From Thraustochytrium aureum (Eukaryota), in assembly GCA_012862495.1 (NCBI GenBank), contig BLSG01000281.1, forward strand, positions 84,050 to 137,861: DNA of 53,812 nt, read 5' to 3'. This document shows positions 51,768-53,812 of the stretch, piece by piece. Made by a program: the position numbers and the translations under genes. The notes under the pieces were generated by a model. That model saw nothing but the letters and a program-made list of their open reading frames with translations, was not told where the DNA came from and ran no database searches. Each line of letters begins with the position of its first letter. Within the stretch, counting starts at the first letter, position 1.

Positions 51768-53582
51768 ATGCGGCTGATAGAGCGGATCAAGCAACACATC
51801 GCGGAGCAACATGTGTTTTACTCCTTCGAGTACTTTCCGCCCTCGTCAGAGCGGGGGCGGCGCAACCTGCAGCTCCGCATTGATCGCATGGCGGACATGC
51901 AGCCCATCATGGTGGACGTCACGTGCAGCCACGGGCGCGTCCGGCAAACGCTCGAGGTGTGCCGGGACGTGATTCGTTACTGTGGCGTGGACGTGATGAT
52001 GCACCTCCCGTGCGTTGGCATGGAACGCATCGAGCTGCTGGAGATCCTCAATGAGGCCAAGCAAGCGGGCGTGCGCAACGTGCTCGCCATGTACGGCGAC
52101 GTGCCACCAGGCGCGTCGAGAGGCGACTTTGCCCGATCGGTGGACGTAGTGCGGCTCATCCGCGAGCACTTTGGCGACAGCTTCACGATCGCCGTCCCTG
52201 GCTACCCTGAGGGCCTTGCGCGAGCGCGGCGTGACGTTCCTGGGCCCGGCCGCATGGAGAGCGAGGAAGACAACTACCGGCGGCATATCCAGTACCTTTT
52301 GGAAAAGGTGGAGGCGGGCGCTGACTTTTGCATTTCGGACGTGTGCTACGACGCCGCCAAGTTTGTCCAGTTCGTCCGCGACTGTCACGCAGCGGGTATC
52401 GCGCGCACTTTCCCGATCATCCCGGGCCTCATGCCCATCCATAGCTACGAGAGCTTCCAGTCAATCGTGGCGCACCTCGGCCTAGGCGTGCCCCAGAACG
52501 TGACCGCCAAGCTGGAGCAGATCAAGGGCGATCGGGCCGCTGTGCTGGAATACGGGATCGAGCTCGCTGAAGCGATGGCGCTAGAGCTGCTGAACAGCGG
52601 CCTCGCGCAAGGGCTCCACTTTTACACGTTAAACCTTGAGTACGCAGTTCGCGCGCTCCTCGAGGAGCGACTCAAGGTGACCCCAAAGTCGAGGCTGCCG
52701 TGGCGTCCGTCGGCCAACCCGAAGCGAGTCGAAGAGGACGTGCGGCCGATCTTTTGGGCAAACCGGCCCAAGAGCTACCTCATGCGGACAGAGAGCTGGG
52801 ACCAGTTTCCTTCAGGGCGATGGGCGAGCGTGGCCGGGGACGCCTCGTTTGGCGCGCTGCGCGAGTCTGGCTTGTTTGCCCGCGAGACCTTCTTCGAGCG
52901 GAATGACGTGAAACGCAAGGCCTGGGGCGAGGCACCGATTTCGGAGGAGGAGGTGTTTGACGTCTTCGCCGGCTTTGTGGAAGGCCGCGTTCCGTTTTTG
53001 CCCTGGTGCGAGGAGAGCCTCCACCTGGAGACGAGCGTGATACAGACGAGGCTTGCCAAAATAAATCGCGCAGGCTTTCTCACAATCAACTCGCAGCCTC
53101 GCATCAATGCGGCGCCGTCCAGCAACCCGCAATTCGGTTGGGGCCCCGATGGAGGCTACGTGTATCAGAAGGCATATATCGAGTTCTTCACGAGCCCGCG
53201 CAAGCTGCGGCGCTTGATCGACCTTTTGGCGACGCCAGAGTTTGCCTCGCGTCATCTCGAGTTCCATGCTGTCGATCGCCAAGGAAACACTTACTCGAAC
53301 GCGAAGCGGCGCAAAGCGTGTGCGGTCACCTGGGGCGTCTTCCCTGGCAAAGAGGTCATCCAGCCGACAGTGGTGGATCCGGACGCATTCCTGGTGTGGA
53401 AGGACGAGGCGTTTGCCCTGTGGGTCCGCGGCTGGGCCTCGATCTATGACGAAGGTTCGCCCTCGTACGACCTGCTTCACGACATGCACGACCAGTACTT
53501 TTTGGTCAACATTGTGGACAACGACTTTGTTGACGGGGACATCTTTGACATCTTTGAGAAGCTGGTGGAGACTAAGCGATGA
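51768..53582 (+). CDS. MTHFR: Eukaryotic-type methylenetetrahydrofolate reductase (TIM barrel plus SAM-binding regulatory domain) with a divergent catalytic domain
   Basis: FYSFEYFPP, GYPEG, EKVEAGADF, PIIPGLMPI, GLHFYTLNLE, EDVRPIFWANRPKSY, TINSQP, GWGPDGGYVYQKAYIEFF, AVTWGVFPGKEVIQPTVVD. Start context is caccATG at 51768, with an in-frame upstream ATG at 51624. Confidence 0.93.
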   Translation: MRLIERIKQHIAEQHVFYSFEYFPPSSERGRRNLQLRIDRMADMQPIMVDVTCSHGRVRQTLEVCRDVIRYCGVDVMMHLPCVGMERIELLEILNEAKQAGVRNVLAMYGDVPPGASRGDFARSVDVVRLIREHFGDSFTIAVPGYPEGLARARRDVPGPGRMESEEDNYRRHIQYLLEKVEAGADFCISDVCYDAAKFVQFVRDCHAAGIARTFPIIPGLMPIHSYESFQSIVAHLGLGVPQNVTAKLEQIKGDRAAVLEYGIELAEAMALELLNSGLAQGLHFYTLNLEYAVRALLEERLKVTPKSRLPWRPSANPKRVEEDVRPIFWANRPKSYLMRTESWDQFPSGRWASVAGDASFGALRESGLFARETFFERNDVKRKAWGEAPISEEEVFDVFAGFVEGRVPFLPWCEESLHLETSVIQTRLAKINRAGFLTINSQPRINAAPSSNPQFGWGPDGGYVYQKAYIEFFTSPRKLRRLIDLLATPEFASRHLEFHAVDRQGNTYSNAKRRKACAVTWGVFPGKEVIQPTVVDPDAFLVWKDEAFALWVRGWASIYDEGSPSYDLLHDMHDQYFLVNIVDNDFVDGDIFDIFEKLVETKR

Positions 53583-53594
53583 CGGACACGTTCC

Positions 53595-53730
53595 GCGCAC
53601 TTGGTCTTCCGCCGAGATGGGCGTTGCGCACTTGGTCTTCCGCCGAGATGGGCGTTGCGCACTTGGTCTTCCGCCTAGATGGGCGTTGCGCACTTGGTCT
53701 TCCGCCTAATGGGTGTTGCGCACTTGGTCT
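53595..53730. repeat. 31-bp minisatellite x~4.5 (GCGCACTTGGTCTTCCGCCGAGATGGGCGTT) directly after the MTHFR stop
   Basis: ttggtct cores at 53601, 53632, 53663, 53694 and 53724, with units decaying towards the 3' end. Confidence 0.92.
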
Positions 53731-53812
53731 ACCTTTGCTTGCGGGGCGGCCGGCTGCACCGCCCAGCCAGCTGGAACCGTGGACGAGACAAGGCAGGCAA
53801 GCACAAGCTGGA

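Overview
Gene-dense, GC-rich, intron-poor eukaryotic nuclear DNA from a draft scaffold with 14 N-gaps. Gene content and flagellar genes (DRC9/IQCG-like, SHIPPO-repeat, NEK kinases) suggest a flagellated protist, probably a stramenopile such as a thraustochytrid (inference). About 19 protein-coding genes can be reconstructed once four GT-AG introns and roughly a dozen single-base frameshifts are accounted for. Most frameshifts sit in homopolymer runs and look like assembly errors. No rRNA, tRNA, CRISPR array or clear mobile element was seen. The main points of interest are unusual protein architectures. (1) An MTHFR has substitutions at several normally invariant FAD/folate-binding positions but an intact SAM-binding regulatory domain, so it may be a pseudoenzyme or regulatory subunit. 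(2) A methionine synthase reductase has two tandem flavodoxin domains. (3) A PX-domain protein has a C-terminus resembling LAMTOR1/Ego1. (4) A large ArfGEF has a MABP-HUS-Sec7-PH-ACBP layout. (5) A Nup214-like nucleoporin carries three copies of an unexplained ~43-aa helical module. At the DNA level, unrelated minisatellites recur just downstream of stop codons, and the introns share a 30-32 nt branch-point-to-AG distance. All family assignments come from motif recognition; no database search was run.
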